Shown here: positions 31,947 through 41,225 of the stretch, piece after piece | How positions within the stretch are numbered: the first letter of the stretch is position 1 | Layout of the letters: each line of letters opens with the position of its first letter | NCBI GenBank assembly: GCA_965217895.1 | Contig: CBDCJV010000002.1 | Location: 4,992,001-5,056,000, forward strand | Direction: 5' to 3' | Length of the DNA: 64,000 bases | From: Waterburya sp. | GTDB lineage: Bacteria > Cyanobacteriota > Cyanobacteriia > Cyanobacteriales > Xenococcaceae | Notes under the pieces: model-generated | Told to the model about the DNA's origin: nothing | Databases searched by the model: none | Seen by the model: only the letters and a program-made list of their open reading frames with translations | Program-made: the position numbers and the translations under genes

Positions 31947-32741
31947 TTAGGAAAACAAGCCACTAGCTAATACTTGGTCAGAATCTCGCCCATTAGCAGC
32001 ATTTAACTGGTGAATATCTTGAGTCATATTTTTGGATTTTTGATAGTTGTCTAAATCTCCTTGTTCAAAATACAGTTTTGCTGCTTTGCGTAAATCTTCT
32101 ACTGCTGCTTTTTTACTACCCATCTCTGTATATAAAATGCCTCGATTTGAGTAAGCTTCTGCATATTCTGCATCAATTTTAATAGCTTTGGTATATTCTT
32201 CAATGGCTTTTTGCTTTTCCCCCATCTTTTTGTAGCCATGAGCATTTTGACAATACAATTGAGCCGAGTTAAGAGACCCTGCTTGACTTGAAATATTAAC
32301 CTGACTCACATTTTCAACTTTGACTGCAAGCTCGTTATATTGAGACTGTAACCTTTGCATATTCTCCCTTGAGCTTCCATCTACTTGCGTTAATTGTTGA
32401 GACATATTTTGATAATCTGCATCATACTGAGTTTTTTGCTCACTAGCTGAACGCTGTATTTCCATCATTTGCTCAATGAGATTGCCATGATCGTTTTGAT
32501 TATGTTGAATAAGTTGCGCGATCGCCTTATTATTTTCTACAGTTACTAAATTTATCAGTCGTTTGCGATTAATTAAATTGAGTGCAACGCAAGCAGATAA
32601 AGGAACTGAAGCTAAGAATATCTTTTCTAAGTATATTGAAGCAACTGTACCTCCAATAGAACCGACTACAGAAACTACTTCAGCAATATTTAACCAGTGA
32701 TTATCTTGAATATTTGTTTTTATTGGTAATTGTTTTTCCAT
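31947..32741 (-). CDS. Membrane-anchored TPR protein (Slr0151-like)
   Basis: N-terminal hydrophobic segments, coiled coil and C-terminal TPRs (AIEEYTKAIKID..YAEAYSNRG). Confidence 0.8.
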   Translation of the reverse strand: MEKQLPIKTNIQDNHWLNIAEVVSVVGSIGGTVASIYLEKIFLASVPLSACVALNLINRKRLINLVTVENNKAIAQLIQHNQNDHGNLIEQMMEIQRSASEQKTQYDADYQNMSQQLTQVDGSSRENMQRLQSQYNELAVKVENVSQVNISSQAGSLNSAQLYCQNAHGYKKMGEKQKAIEEYTKAIKIDAEYAEAYSNRGILYTEMGSKKAAVEDLRKAAKLYFEQGDLDNYQKSKNMTQDIHQLNAANGRDSDQVLASGLFS

Positions 32742-32864
32742 AATCTTTAAAAATAAGTTTAAGTAGAATAAATACTTTAATTTAGTTCTTGCTTTTTGCT
32801 AACTAAGGTTACGACAATAATTAATTTTTGTTATGGCAAAAAAATATTCTAGAGACTAAATTTT

Positions 32865-33332
32865 TTAGCTTATTATGCTTTGATTAAGCTGTAATACTGG
32901 CAAAACTAAAGCTAATTCTTCCACAGTTAGAAATTCTTGCAAAACTTCTGGCATCACATTGTACGTTGCCTGAGATATATTCTGAGTTTTATTTGCATTG
33001 ACAATTGTTCGGTGCCAAAGCAAAAGACTGTCCCGTAGCCAATCTAAATCATTGACTAGCATTGCTGCTACAGAACAACGCAAGATAATCATTACATCTC
33101 TACGCCAAATAGAACTTAAGTTTTTAGAACCTTTAGTAAATAAGTTAGGATTCTGCATATCCATCTTCTTTTTGGTTCGGTCTAAAATTTTTTCTTCCTC
33201 GTCGCGAATTTTTTCATAGGAACTGAGGCGTAAGTCAACAGATCGGAGATAATTTTTGATAAATTCTAGTTCTTTATCTGTAGCATAGCGACCGTCAGCT
33301 TCTATGCTTAATTTAGTTAGTTGATTTAACAT
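32865..33332 (-). CDS. Phycobiliprotein-fold protein (Slr0149-like)
   Basis: EADGRYAT..EL and RD...ILR...AML allophycocyanin-like pattern. Confidence 0.8.
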   Translation of the reverse strand: MLNQLTKLSIEADGRYATDKELEFIKNYLRSVDLRLSSYEKIRDEEEKILDRTKKKMDMQNPNLFTKGSKNLSSIWRRDVMIILRCSVAAMLVNDLDWLRDSLLLWHRTIVNANKTQNISQATYNVMPEVLQEFLTVEELALVLPVLQLNQSIIS

Positions 33333-33381
33333 GGCTTGAATTTATTGTTTAGACTTTTTAATTGATTTACGGATTTAAACT

Positions 33382-33855
33382 TTAATTACTAGTAAGATAT
33401 TGGTCTACTTTAATTTGGGTATCTTGAAGTTGAGAAATCATTGTCCGAGTAATTAATTTACCTTCTTCGACCAAAATCTTACCGTTAAGGGGATGCAAAA
33501 TATTTTGTTCTGCCCGACGACCAATTAAACTTTCAATATCCTCAATTTCACTGACATACATTCCCGAAGGAAGTTCAACCACAATTCCCTCGCCTATGAC
33601 TCGCGCTTGACAGGCAAGACGAGAATTCATACCACAGGTGGTAATTGTTTCTAGGGTGCGCTGCTCTTGGCGATTAAGGGGAGAAAGACTTTCCATTCCC
33701 TCTTTAATGTAAATATGACAGGTGGCACATCTACCTTTACCACCACACTGGGGCAGGATATTGATCTCGTTGTTCAAGAGTCCAGATAATAGATTATCGT
33801 TTGTCTTGATTAATGTTTCTTGATTGATTGGGTTAAGCTTAACTGTCTTAGGCAA
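33382..33855 (-). CDS. 2Fe-2S ferredoxin with C-terminal extension (Slr0148-like)
   Basis: CGGKGRCATC...RLACQ. Confidence 0.88.
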   Translation of the reverse strand: MPKTVKLNPINQETLIKTNDNLLSGLLNNEINILPQCGGKGRCATCHIYIKEGMESLSPLNRQEQRTLETITTCGMNSRLACQARVIGEGIVVELPSGMYVSEIEDIESLIGRRAEQNILHPLNGKILVEEGKLITRTMISQLQDTQIKVDQYLTSN

Positions 33856-33908
33856 GGTAAATGCTCCTTATATTTTTAACTGCATATATAAATTGAACAA
33901 GCTAAACA

Positions 33909-34586
33909 TTAAACGCTAGCAGCATTCTCTTTACTAGTTAAACGCTTCATAATCGTGTCATGGTCTAGGTTTTCTGCTAGCCAACCTTCTACTGGTTTAA
34001 GTCTTTCTAACAAACCTACAACGAAGTGATTAGACTCTGCTCCCAGAGATTCGCAGGCAGTTTGTATGCAGTGAAGATTTCGCCCAGTAAGTTGACTAAA
34101 AAAGGCACTATAAATACCTGCTTCTAAAAAACATTGGGGTTGATTTTCTAAAGTTGCTGTTTCTGCAAAAGCGGAATGCTTTACTTCGACTACTAAAAAT
34201 CCTTGTTGGTAATAGTCCATATCAAGATCCATGATGCCCCAACCGTGGGTCTTCCAACATTGCTTCAAAGATTGCAGTAACTCCACCATCTCCATTTGAG
34301 CAATGGGTTTACCATAGTAATTAGTTAATTCTTCTTCTAAGCGTCGGTAAAAATTTTTACCCCACCAACGACCGCAGTTAAATAAAACTATTCCCGCAGC
34401 CGAGCCTACTTCTTCTTTCAAGCTGACATGAATTGCCTGAAGCAAAACCTCTGGCAAAGCTATTAGACGAGAGCCTTGACGATTCTCAATCAAACCAAAT
34501 TCAAAGTCTCCCTGGACATAAGCATTTGGTGCAAAATAATTTCCCAATAAGGACTTGTCTTTGACTAACTCAGCAATTTCAATCAT
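33909..34586 (-). CDS. V4R (4-vinyl reductase) domain protein (Slr0147-like)
   Basis: G.WWG, WKTHGWG, C..EAG..SAFF and CIQTAC...G. Confidence 0.85.
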   Translation of the reverse strand: MIEIAELVKDKSLLGNYFAPNAYVQGDFEFGLIENRQGSRLIALPEVLLQAIHVSLKEEVGSAAGIVLFNCGRWWGKNFYRRLEEELTNYYGKPIAQMEMVELLQSLKQCWKTHGWGIMDLDMDYYQQGFLVVEVKHSAFAETATLENQPQCFLEAGIYSAFFSQLTGRNLHCIQTACESLGAESNHFVVGLLERLKPVEGWLAENLDHDTIMKRLTSKENAASV

Positions 34587-34588
34587 TT

Positions 34589-35074
34589 TTATCCTCCTAC
34601 AATATCTAGAATTTTTTCACCCAAAAGTGTCGTCTGTGCTTGTGACAAAAAAGGCTTGATTAAAGCAAACTGTTCTGGGGGGAGTAACTTTTTCAACTGA
34701 GAGAACAATGAGTCATAAATGGTATTTTCTAAAGACTGCATTTGATGAGCCTGTACCATCTCAGTGAGCCACTCAAGAACACTACGCTGAAGATACTCAG
34801 GATTATTGAGTAACATTGCCATAGCGCAATAACGCATTATGGACAGCCAGTGTTTTAAGGCTTTTTGCAAAAGCTGGGGGTCTTCTGCTGCGTGAACTCT
34901 CGAAAGTTCTTCGGCTATAGGTTGAAAGATATCTATTTCATGGTCACGTAAGTATTCATAGACTTTTAATCGTTTAGCCAATGATGCTGCGCAGATTCGG
35001 AATGCTTGCATTTCTAATCTTTTTAAATAGTGATCTTCTGCTAGGTACAGAAGATTTTCAATATCAGATTGCAT
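34589..35074 (-). CDS. Phycobiliprotein-fold protein (Slr0146-like)
   Basis: AEDHYL and MRYCAMAMLLN.PEYL...LEWL. Confidence 0.75.
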   Translation of the reverse strand: MQSDIENLLYLAEDHYLKRLEMQAFRICAASLAKRLKVYEYLRDHEIDIFQPIAEELSRVHAAEDPQLLQKALKHWLSIMRYCAMAMLLNNPEYLQRSVLEWLTEMVQAHQMQSLENTIYDSLFSQLKKLLPPEQFALIKPFLSQAQTTLLGEKILDIVGG

Positions 35075-35084
35075 AGTTATTGAT

Positions 35085-35441
35085 TTAAAATAAGTTAGTG
35101 AAATTATCTAATCTCAGTTCATCACTGGGTGGCGAATCTAATTCTGGAATGAGTTCTAATTTTAATTTAGGTAAAGGTGCAATTTCAGAATCAGATTCCC
35201 AAGGGAAAAGTTGAAAAAAGCTGGCTACAGTTAAATTTAAAGAAAAAACAGGGCGACTAATTTCTGACATTAGTTCTCCTTTCCAATTGCTGTAACTAAA
35301 AAAGTCTTCTATTTTCTGGCATAGCCACGATACTTCCTGAAAAATATCATTAGTATCTACAGTAACTACTTGGGCTTTACCTGACCAATTGCTTTGATTA
35401 CAAAACTCTTCGACAGAAAAATGCTGCCATGAACTGCTCAT
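35085..35441 (-). CDS. Conserved hypothetical protein (Slr0145-like)
   Basis: Three repeats of V/I.(E/D)FF...NW.G; overlaps the upstream V4R gene stop. Confidence 0.65.
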   Translation of the reverse strand: MSSSWQHFSVEEFCNQSNWSGKAQVVTVDTNDIFQEVSWLCQKIEDFFSYSNWKGELMSEISRPVFSLNLTVASFFQLFPWESDSEIAPLPKLKLELIPELDSPPSDELRLDNFTNLF

Positions 35442-36148
35442 TTAAGATATTCTCCGTTTTGCAATTGCGTTTGAATATCTTTAGCGGTAGCACCTTCATT
35501 TTGCCAAAAGGTAGCTGCATTAATAGTTTCTTTTTTGCCTAACAGAAACTTACAGTAAGTTTCACCCATGGCATAGCATTGAATTTCGATGCAGTCTAAT
35601 TCTTTTTTGATCAAACTACTAAAGAAACCCGCAAACAAACCTGCATAGATATGACAAACTGGTTTACCCACATCTCCTAAGGTACGAGCTACAGCAGAAT
35701 CGAAGATATTAATAAACAAAAATCCATTTTTTTGGTCGCTAAGATCTACGTCCCAGTTACCCCAACCTTGGGCAGTAAATGGCCACCACCAAGCTTCTAA
35801 TACGTAGGGAAGAATGTGTTGATTAATTCCTTTTTCGTAACCAAATTCTTCTTTAAACCATTGACTAAAAAACTTGGCATCTCTTCTGCCCCACTCTGCA
35901 CCAATGTTGTACATTACGACTGAAGAAGCACTACCGATTTCTTGTTCTAAGCCTTCAATCAGACCAATAATGAAATCTTCGGTTACTAAAATATCGCGGG
36001 ATTGATTCCAGTCAATAATTTTGCCCGTATTGCCTTGAAAACAGAAAAAATTATCTAACTTGTAATGCTGATGTTTGGTCGGAAATTTGCTTTTGAGAAA
36101 ATGTTCATTAATCAGCTTTTTATCAGGCTTTGTTGTTGTTGAAACCAT
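35438..36148 (-). CDS. V4R domain protein (Slr0144-like)
   Basis: EAWWWPFTAQGWG, GKPVCHIYAG and CIEIQCYAMGETYCKF. Confidence 0.88.
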   Translation of the reverse strand: MVSTTTKPDKKLINEHFLKSKFPTKHQHYKLDNFFCFQGNTGKIIDWNQSRDILVTEDFIIGLIEGLEQEIGSASSVVMYNIGAEWGRRDAKFFSQWFKEEFGYEKGINQHILPYVLEAWWWPFTAQGWGNWDVDLSDQKNGFLFINIFDSAVARTLGDVGKPVCHIYAGLFAGFFSSLIKKELDCIEIQCYAMGETYCKFLLGKKETINAATFWQNEGATAKDIQTQLQNGEYLK

Positions 36149-36316
36149 TTATATACTCTACTAGTTTAATGAAGCAGCTTGTGATTTTTTAACTCAATTA
36201 TTTTAGTCTTAAATTTAAAACAAAAAACCAGATTTAGCCTCTGTATTTATAAGTACATCTAGCATTCTAATTAGACAAATTTTAAATTGCGCCTGCATTT
36301 CTACGGAAATAAATAT

Positions 36317-37129
36317 CTAGGATATTTTTGTTAGGGCAGAGAAATCTTTGATTATTGAAGAACATAACTTAGTAAAAGAATTCATCCATTCTTGAAACCA
36401 ATATAGTTGTTCTGGGCTGATAAAACTGGAGACAGTTCCTTGAAAAACTATTTGATTTGAGTTGTTAAGTTCAAACTGATTAAGCCAAGCAAAATTTGGG
36501 CGAGAAGAGTGAAAATATTTGGTAGTGATAATGCGACCCATATATTTGCTACCGTAACTATAGAGATGATTAAATTGTGCAAGCAGCTCGTCTACAGCAC
36601 ACTTCTGCATCATTTTAATATGTACCATTCCTACACCTGCAGGATCGAAGTTAGGAGGAATATTCGTATCATCATCATAAATAGACCCTTCTAGATTAGC
36701 CATATTTAGATTAACGCCAATAAAAAAAGCCCCCGTCAAATTAGCACAACGAAAGTCAACTTGAATTGAATTTACGGTATCTAATGAATTGTTGTTCTGA
36801 AGATATTTTGTAGTATTTGTATCTATAAATTTAGTTGCAGAAAGATTTGCTCTAGTAAGATTTGCACCTGCAAAATTTGCTCTATAAAGATTTGCACCAG
36901 TTAAGTTTGCTCTGCTGAGATTGGCATCAGCAAAGTTAACTCCTGTTAGATTAGCCCTACTAAGATTTGCTTGAACTAGGCATGATTCTCTGAGATCGGC
37001 ATTACTCAAATCAACTTGGCTCAAGAAAGCTTTTTCTAGATTAGCTTTTTCAAGCTGTACTTGATGAAATTGCCTACTTCCTAAAGAATATTGTTCACAA
37101 AGTTCAATTGCAGCATTTTTATTAGACAT
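36317..37129 (-). CDS. Pentapeptide repeat protein with a C-terminal domain
   Basis: A(N/D)LxX repeats over ~130 aa. Confidence 0.85.
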   Translation of the reverse strand: MSNKNAAIELCEQYSLGSRQFHQVQLEKANLEKAFLSQVDLSNADLRESCLVQANLSRANLTGVNFADANLSRANLTGANLYRANFAGANLTRANLSATKFIDTNTTKYLQNNNSLDTVNSIQVDFRCANLTGAFFIGVNLNMANLEGSIYDDDTNIPPNFDPAGVGMVHIKMMQKCAVDELLAQFNHLYSYGSKYMGRIITTKYFHSSRPNFAWLNQFELNNSNQIVFQGTVSSFISPEQLYWFQEWMNSFTKLCSSIIKDFSALTKIS

Positions 37130-37401
37130 GATTAAAATTCTAGATACGATACTTCTATAAATTAAAGATAATCATTTTTATATCTTGTGTAAAGTACGTA
37201 TAACAGTGATTGAAATAACATTTTAGAAGTTACAATAATTACCTGAAATTAAAAATTAAATGCTTAAGTATTTTTAAGGATATTTAAGAAAAGACACTAT
37301 TTTTTATACTTGTATTCTTTGATAAGTACCTACGCAAAATTAATTACATAGCGATCGCCATAATATTTCTAATTTCTTTTTACGCCATTCAATAATCTTT
37401 T

Positions 37402-37758
37402 GTGTCTCGTTTTCTTCTTGCCAACCGTATGGTACTATTGCCGTTTGTCGATCCCAATTTAGTAGAGTCCGTAAGGGAAAAAGTTGAACGCATCCTTATT
37501 CATGCAGACGATTTACTAAAACCGTATGTTATTTTAAACAACGGTTTGCCAAAACTACACGACTTTAAAGTCAGTACGTTAGTAGACTATCGTGGCGATT
37601 TTGAAACCAAACTCGGCTCAAAAACAAGTCGCATTATTCTATTACGTCCAGATGCTTATGTTGGTTTCGATCTCAATACTATTGATGCCAGTATTTTTGA
37701 GGAGCATTTATTAGGCTGGAAAACCAAAAAATCAACAACGCTACTGGTTTCAAAATAG
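37402..37758 (+). pseudogene. Probable C-terminal fragment of an FAD-dependent monooxygenase
   Basis: ILLRPDAYVG motif typical of aromatic hydroxylase C-terminal domains; no FAD-binding domain upstream; GTG start without an RBS. Confidence 0.5.
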
Positions 37759-38116
37759 ACTTACGGATAAAATTCGCGATCGCCACTGGCAAGGTTTACT
37801 CTAATTTATTATTCTTGGAGACCAATTTCAATTTTTAATCTGCGATTATGCTTTATTTCTACTTCAGATCGCAGCTTGCAAGCTTTAATCAACCAATTCT
37901 GCGGATATTTTTCCAAAAAAGCTGCCAAAAGTTGATCTCTATTAAAATCAAAATTGCTCTAGATTGAGAAGCGGATTATCTTCTCAGACAATCCTCATGA
38001 AAACTTTAAATACTATCGTATTCTTTTAGGTTAAATTGTGGCATGGCCATGGTAAATTTTGGCTAAACGCTTGCTTTTATATTTCATTGGTTAAAAATTG
38101 AATTACTCTTAATTTT

Positions 38117-38845
38117 ATGTCCACTATTGGAACTCAATCAAGTACAGTTCGTATTTTAATAGTCGATGACCAAGATCTAATTCGTCAGACTATCCAAATG
38201 TACTTAGAAAAAGAGCCAGATCTAGAAATTATTGGCTATGCAGAAAACGGGACAGAAGCTCTAAAACAAATTGAAACACTACAGCCTGATATAGCCATTG
38301 TGGACTTAGAGATGCCTGATATGGATGGTTTAACTACCATTCAAATCATTCGCGATCGCTTTATCCAGACTAAAATTTTAATTCTTAGTAGTCACGACGA
38401 TCAACAACACATTAATCAAGCAATTGAAGCTGGCGCGAAAGGATATTTAGTCAAAGGAACTCCTGCTCAAGAATTAGCCAATGCAGTTCGCAGCCTTAAT
38501 AAAGGTTATTTTCAGCTTGGACCAGGTTTAATGGAAAAACTGGTTATTTCTATGAGCAATTCGGCTGATGCTAATAATAGATCTTTAGAGCAAAAGTTAA
38601 TTATCGCCTTCAAAAAATTTAAGCAGGATACTAATAAACAATTGGATGAATTGGTTGAAACGAAATTATCAGAAATCAATAAACACTTTGAACACGAAAT
38701 GGAGCTGAAAATACTTAGCTCTAAGAAAAGGCAAAATCAGCTCTTTGCCTATGTCAGAAAAGTAGAATTTAGGCTTTATTTATTGCTATTTTTCCAAGTA
38801 ATTACTTTATTCGTAATACTATTTTACTGGATCATTAATTCTTAA
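38117..38845 (+). CDS. Response regulator: NarL-type receiver, coiled coil and C-terminal TM helix
   Basis: ILIVDD, D(LEMPDMDG), LSS and AGAKGYLVK; no LuxR HTH; ends in LYLLLFFQVITLFVILFYWII. Confidence 0.85.
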   Translation: MSTIGTQSSTVRILIVDDQDLIRQTIQMYLEKEPDLEIIGYAENGTEALKQIETLQPDIAIVDLEMPDMDGLTTIQIIRDRFIQTKILILSSHDDQQHINQAIEAGAKGYLVKGTPAQELANAVRSLNKGYFQLGPGLMEKLVISMSNSADANNRSLEQKLIIAFKKFKQDTNKQLDELVETKLSEINKHFEHEMELKILSSKKRQNQLFAYVRKVEFRLYLLLFFQVITLFVILFYWIINS

Positions 38846-38854
38846 TTGAGTAGG

Positions 38855-39193
38855 TAAGTAGGTGGGTGAAATTAATTAGAGGCTAGTCTCAATAGAAAGT
38901 AACAAGTAATAAGTAACGATGATCATTTAATATGAATTCTAAAAAAGAATGATACAAATTAGGTGACGAGGTGTTTGGAGTAGTGAGGTTTTTACTCTAC
39001 CTCTACCATCTTCTCTATCTCCACCATCTTCTCTATCTCTCCTAGTCCCCAAGTCCCTCAACCGTAGCAAATATTTAAGTATTTCATATAACTTGGTTAT
39101 CAATACAAAACTACCATACGCAAACTAATTAGTAATTACTATAAAATCTTGCTTATTCGGTTTTATATTTAATTTAATTCTGCCTACTTACTT
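38855..39193. mobile_element. MITE of the AAGTAGGTGGG..AATTAA family with internal short tandem repeats
   Basis: TAAGTAGGTGGGTGAAATTAA and TTAATTCTGCCTACTTACTTA imperfect inverted repeats (16/21); internal CCATCTTCTCTATCTC duplication; related pieces near 57135-57182, 57930 and 37324. Confidence 0.65.
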
Positions 39194-39991
39194 AGATGTT
39201 TTACCAAAACTAACAAAATCAAATAATTCTGGATCTGCTAAATGAGAGGGAGAAACGTTCTGCAAACTGTGAAAAAGACTATTAATTCTTCCTGGAGATT
39301 CTCTTTCCCACCCCTGAAGCATTTGCTTGATCTCAATTCGCTGTAAATTTTCTTGACTACCGCATAAATTACAGGGAATGATTGGAAAGTCTTTTACTTT
39401 AGCGTATTTTTCTATTTCTGCTTCAGCACAATAAGCCAAGGGACGAATAACGATATTTTGCCGATCATTGCTCAAAAGCTTAGGAGGCATGGCTTTGAGT
39501 TGACCGCCATGAAACATATTCAGAAATAAAGTCTCGACAATATCATCACGATGATGTCCTAAAGCAATCTTATTAATTCCTTCTTCTGCTGCAACTCGAT
39601 AGAGAATACCTCGACGCAAACGAGAACACAAACCGCACATGGTTTTTCCTTCAGGAATGACTCTAGTAACAGTGCTATAGGTATCTTGTTCGATGATGCG
39701 ATAAGAAACATTTAAGCCAGCTAAATACTCTGGCAAGACGTGGGTGGGAAAACCAGGCTGCTTTTGATCTAGATTAACTGCCAGTAGCTCAAAATCAACA
39801 GGAGCTTTGCGCTGTAAACTAAGCAGCATATCTAACATGGTATAAGAGTCTTTCCCGCCAGATAAACATACCATAACGCGATCGCCATTTTCAATCATCT
39901 TATAATCGGCGATCGCTTTACCTACTTGTCCCCGCAATCGCGCCTGAAGCCTTTTAAAATTATTAGAAGTACGAATCTTAGTCGCTTCCAT
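39188..39991 (-). CDS. ttcA: tRNA 2-thiocytidine(32) synthetase
   Basis: SGGKDS PP-loop, [16 protein letters not shown] and PCNLCGSQ. Confidence 0.95.
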   Translation of the reverse strand: MEATKIRTSNNFKRLQARLRGQVGKAIADYKMIENGDRVMVCLSGGKDSYTMLDMLLSLQRKAPVDFELLAVNLDQKQPGFPTHVLPEYLAGLNVSYRIIEQDTYSTVTRVIPEGKTMCGLCSRLRRGILYRVAAEEGINKIALGHHRDDIVETLFLNMFHGGQLKAMPPKLLSNDRQNIVIRPLAYCAEAEIEKYAKVKDFPIIPCNLCGSQENLQRIEIKQMLQGWERESPGRINSLFHSLQNVSPSHLADPELFDFVSFGKTSK

Positions 39992-40204
39992 ATCTTAATA
40001 TTCTTATGCTATAGAATGCTTTTTTGCATTGTCTTATCGTATCAACTATTCAAGAAAATTGATATTTGTCCTTCATCTCTGCCGAATGTGGAATATAAAA
40101 CACAAAGAGATATTTCTGTTGAATCAGAAAATATTTAGAGCAAAAGCGATCGCTCATCAGGCTCGAAAAGAGAAGTGCTTATCAGCTGATATTTTTTGCC
40201 AGCA

Positions 40205-41074
40205 TTAATCATTAGCTTGTTTTTCCACAACTTTAGTTTTTAAAATAATAAAGCCAGCCAAGATAATTAAAATAGCTCCAAAAAACGAATTTATATCCAA
40301 TATTTCCTCAAAGTATAACCAACCTAAAAACGTGCCAAAAGGTACAGAAGTATAGGTAAAGATGCCAACGCTGGAGGCAGCAGCATTTTGATACCCGCGA
40401 GTTAATAGTAATTGACCGATAGTTGTAGTCAATGCCACACCTAATAACATCAAATATTCTTCTGGCGTAGGAGTTTGCCAAGCCCAAGCCAAAGGAATGG
40501 CAGAGATGCACATCCCAAAAATAGCAAAGTAAGCAACTATGCGTAAAGGTGGTTCGGTTGCTGAGAGTTTGCGTACCGTGACAAAAGCGATCGCTGCCAT
40601 AAAGCTACTGCCCAAGGCAACTAAACTTGCCCAGTCTGTATCACCATTGGGTTTCAAAATTAGGAATACGCCGATAAATCCTAGCACTCCAGCGATAATT
40701 ACTCGCCTAGTAATATTTTCTTTGAGCAAAATTAGAGACACAAAGGGAATAATCAAAGGAATAGTTGATTTGATCAGCATCGAATCTCCTAGAGTAATTT
40801 TTCCTAAAGCATAGAAAAAGCTATACATGGCAGCCATGCCAAAACCACCGCGAACTAAATGTAGATGCAGGCAGTCAGTATGCAGAATTTTTCTGCCAGC
40901 TTTAATCAGTAAAGGTGTAAGGATAGCCAGTCCGAATAGATTGCGGAAAAATACAATTGATTCATTGGGTAATGAAGCGGACGCTAGCTTGATTATGGCT
41001 GCACTAAAAGCAAAACTCAATTCTGAAGCAACAATAAAAAATGCCCCACGCGCGATACTTTGACTTTTGGTCAT
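40205..41074 (-). CDS. DMT/EamA family transporter
   Basis: Two EamA repeats, about 10 TM helices. Confidence 0.85.
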   Translation of the reverse strand: MTKSQSIARGAFFIVASELSFAFSAAIIKLASASLPNESIVFFRNLFGLAILTPLLIKAGRKILHTDCLHLHLVRGGFGMAAMYSFFYALGKITLGDSMLIKSTIPLIIPFVSLILLKENITRRVIIAGVLGFIGVFLILKPNGDTDWASLVALGSSFMAAIAFVTVRKLSATEPPLRIVAYFAIFGMCISAIPLAWAWQTPTPEEYLMLLGVALTTTIGQLLLTRGYQNAAASSVGIFTYTSVPFGTFLGWLYFEEILDINSFFGAILIILAGFIILKTKVVEKQAND

Positions 41075-41225
41075 AAAAGAAATAGCAGTTTTTCTAAGCT
41101 AGTTTAAAATTTTGACTTCGACTTAAAGCAAAAGTTATGATGTCAGTCGTCTAAACTAAATAATCTCCCCTAATTTAATTTAGCTAAGATTCAATCTGGG
41201 GAAAGTGTCGATCGCGATTTAAAGA

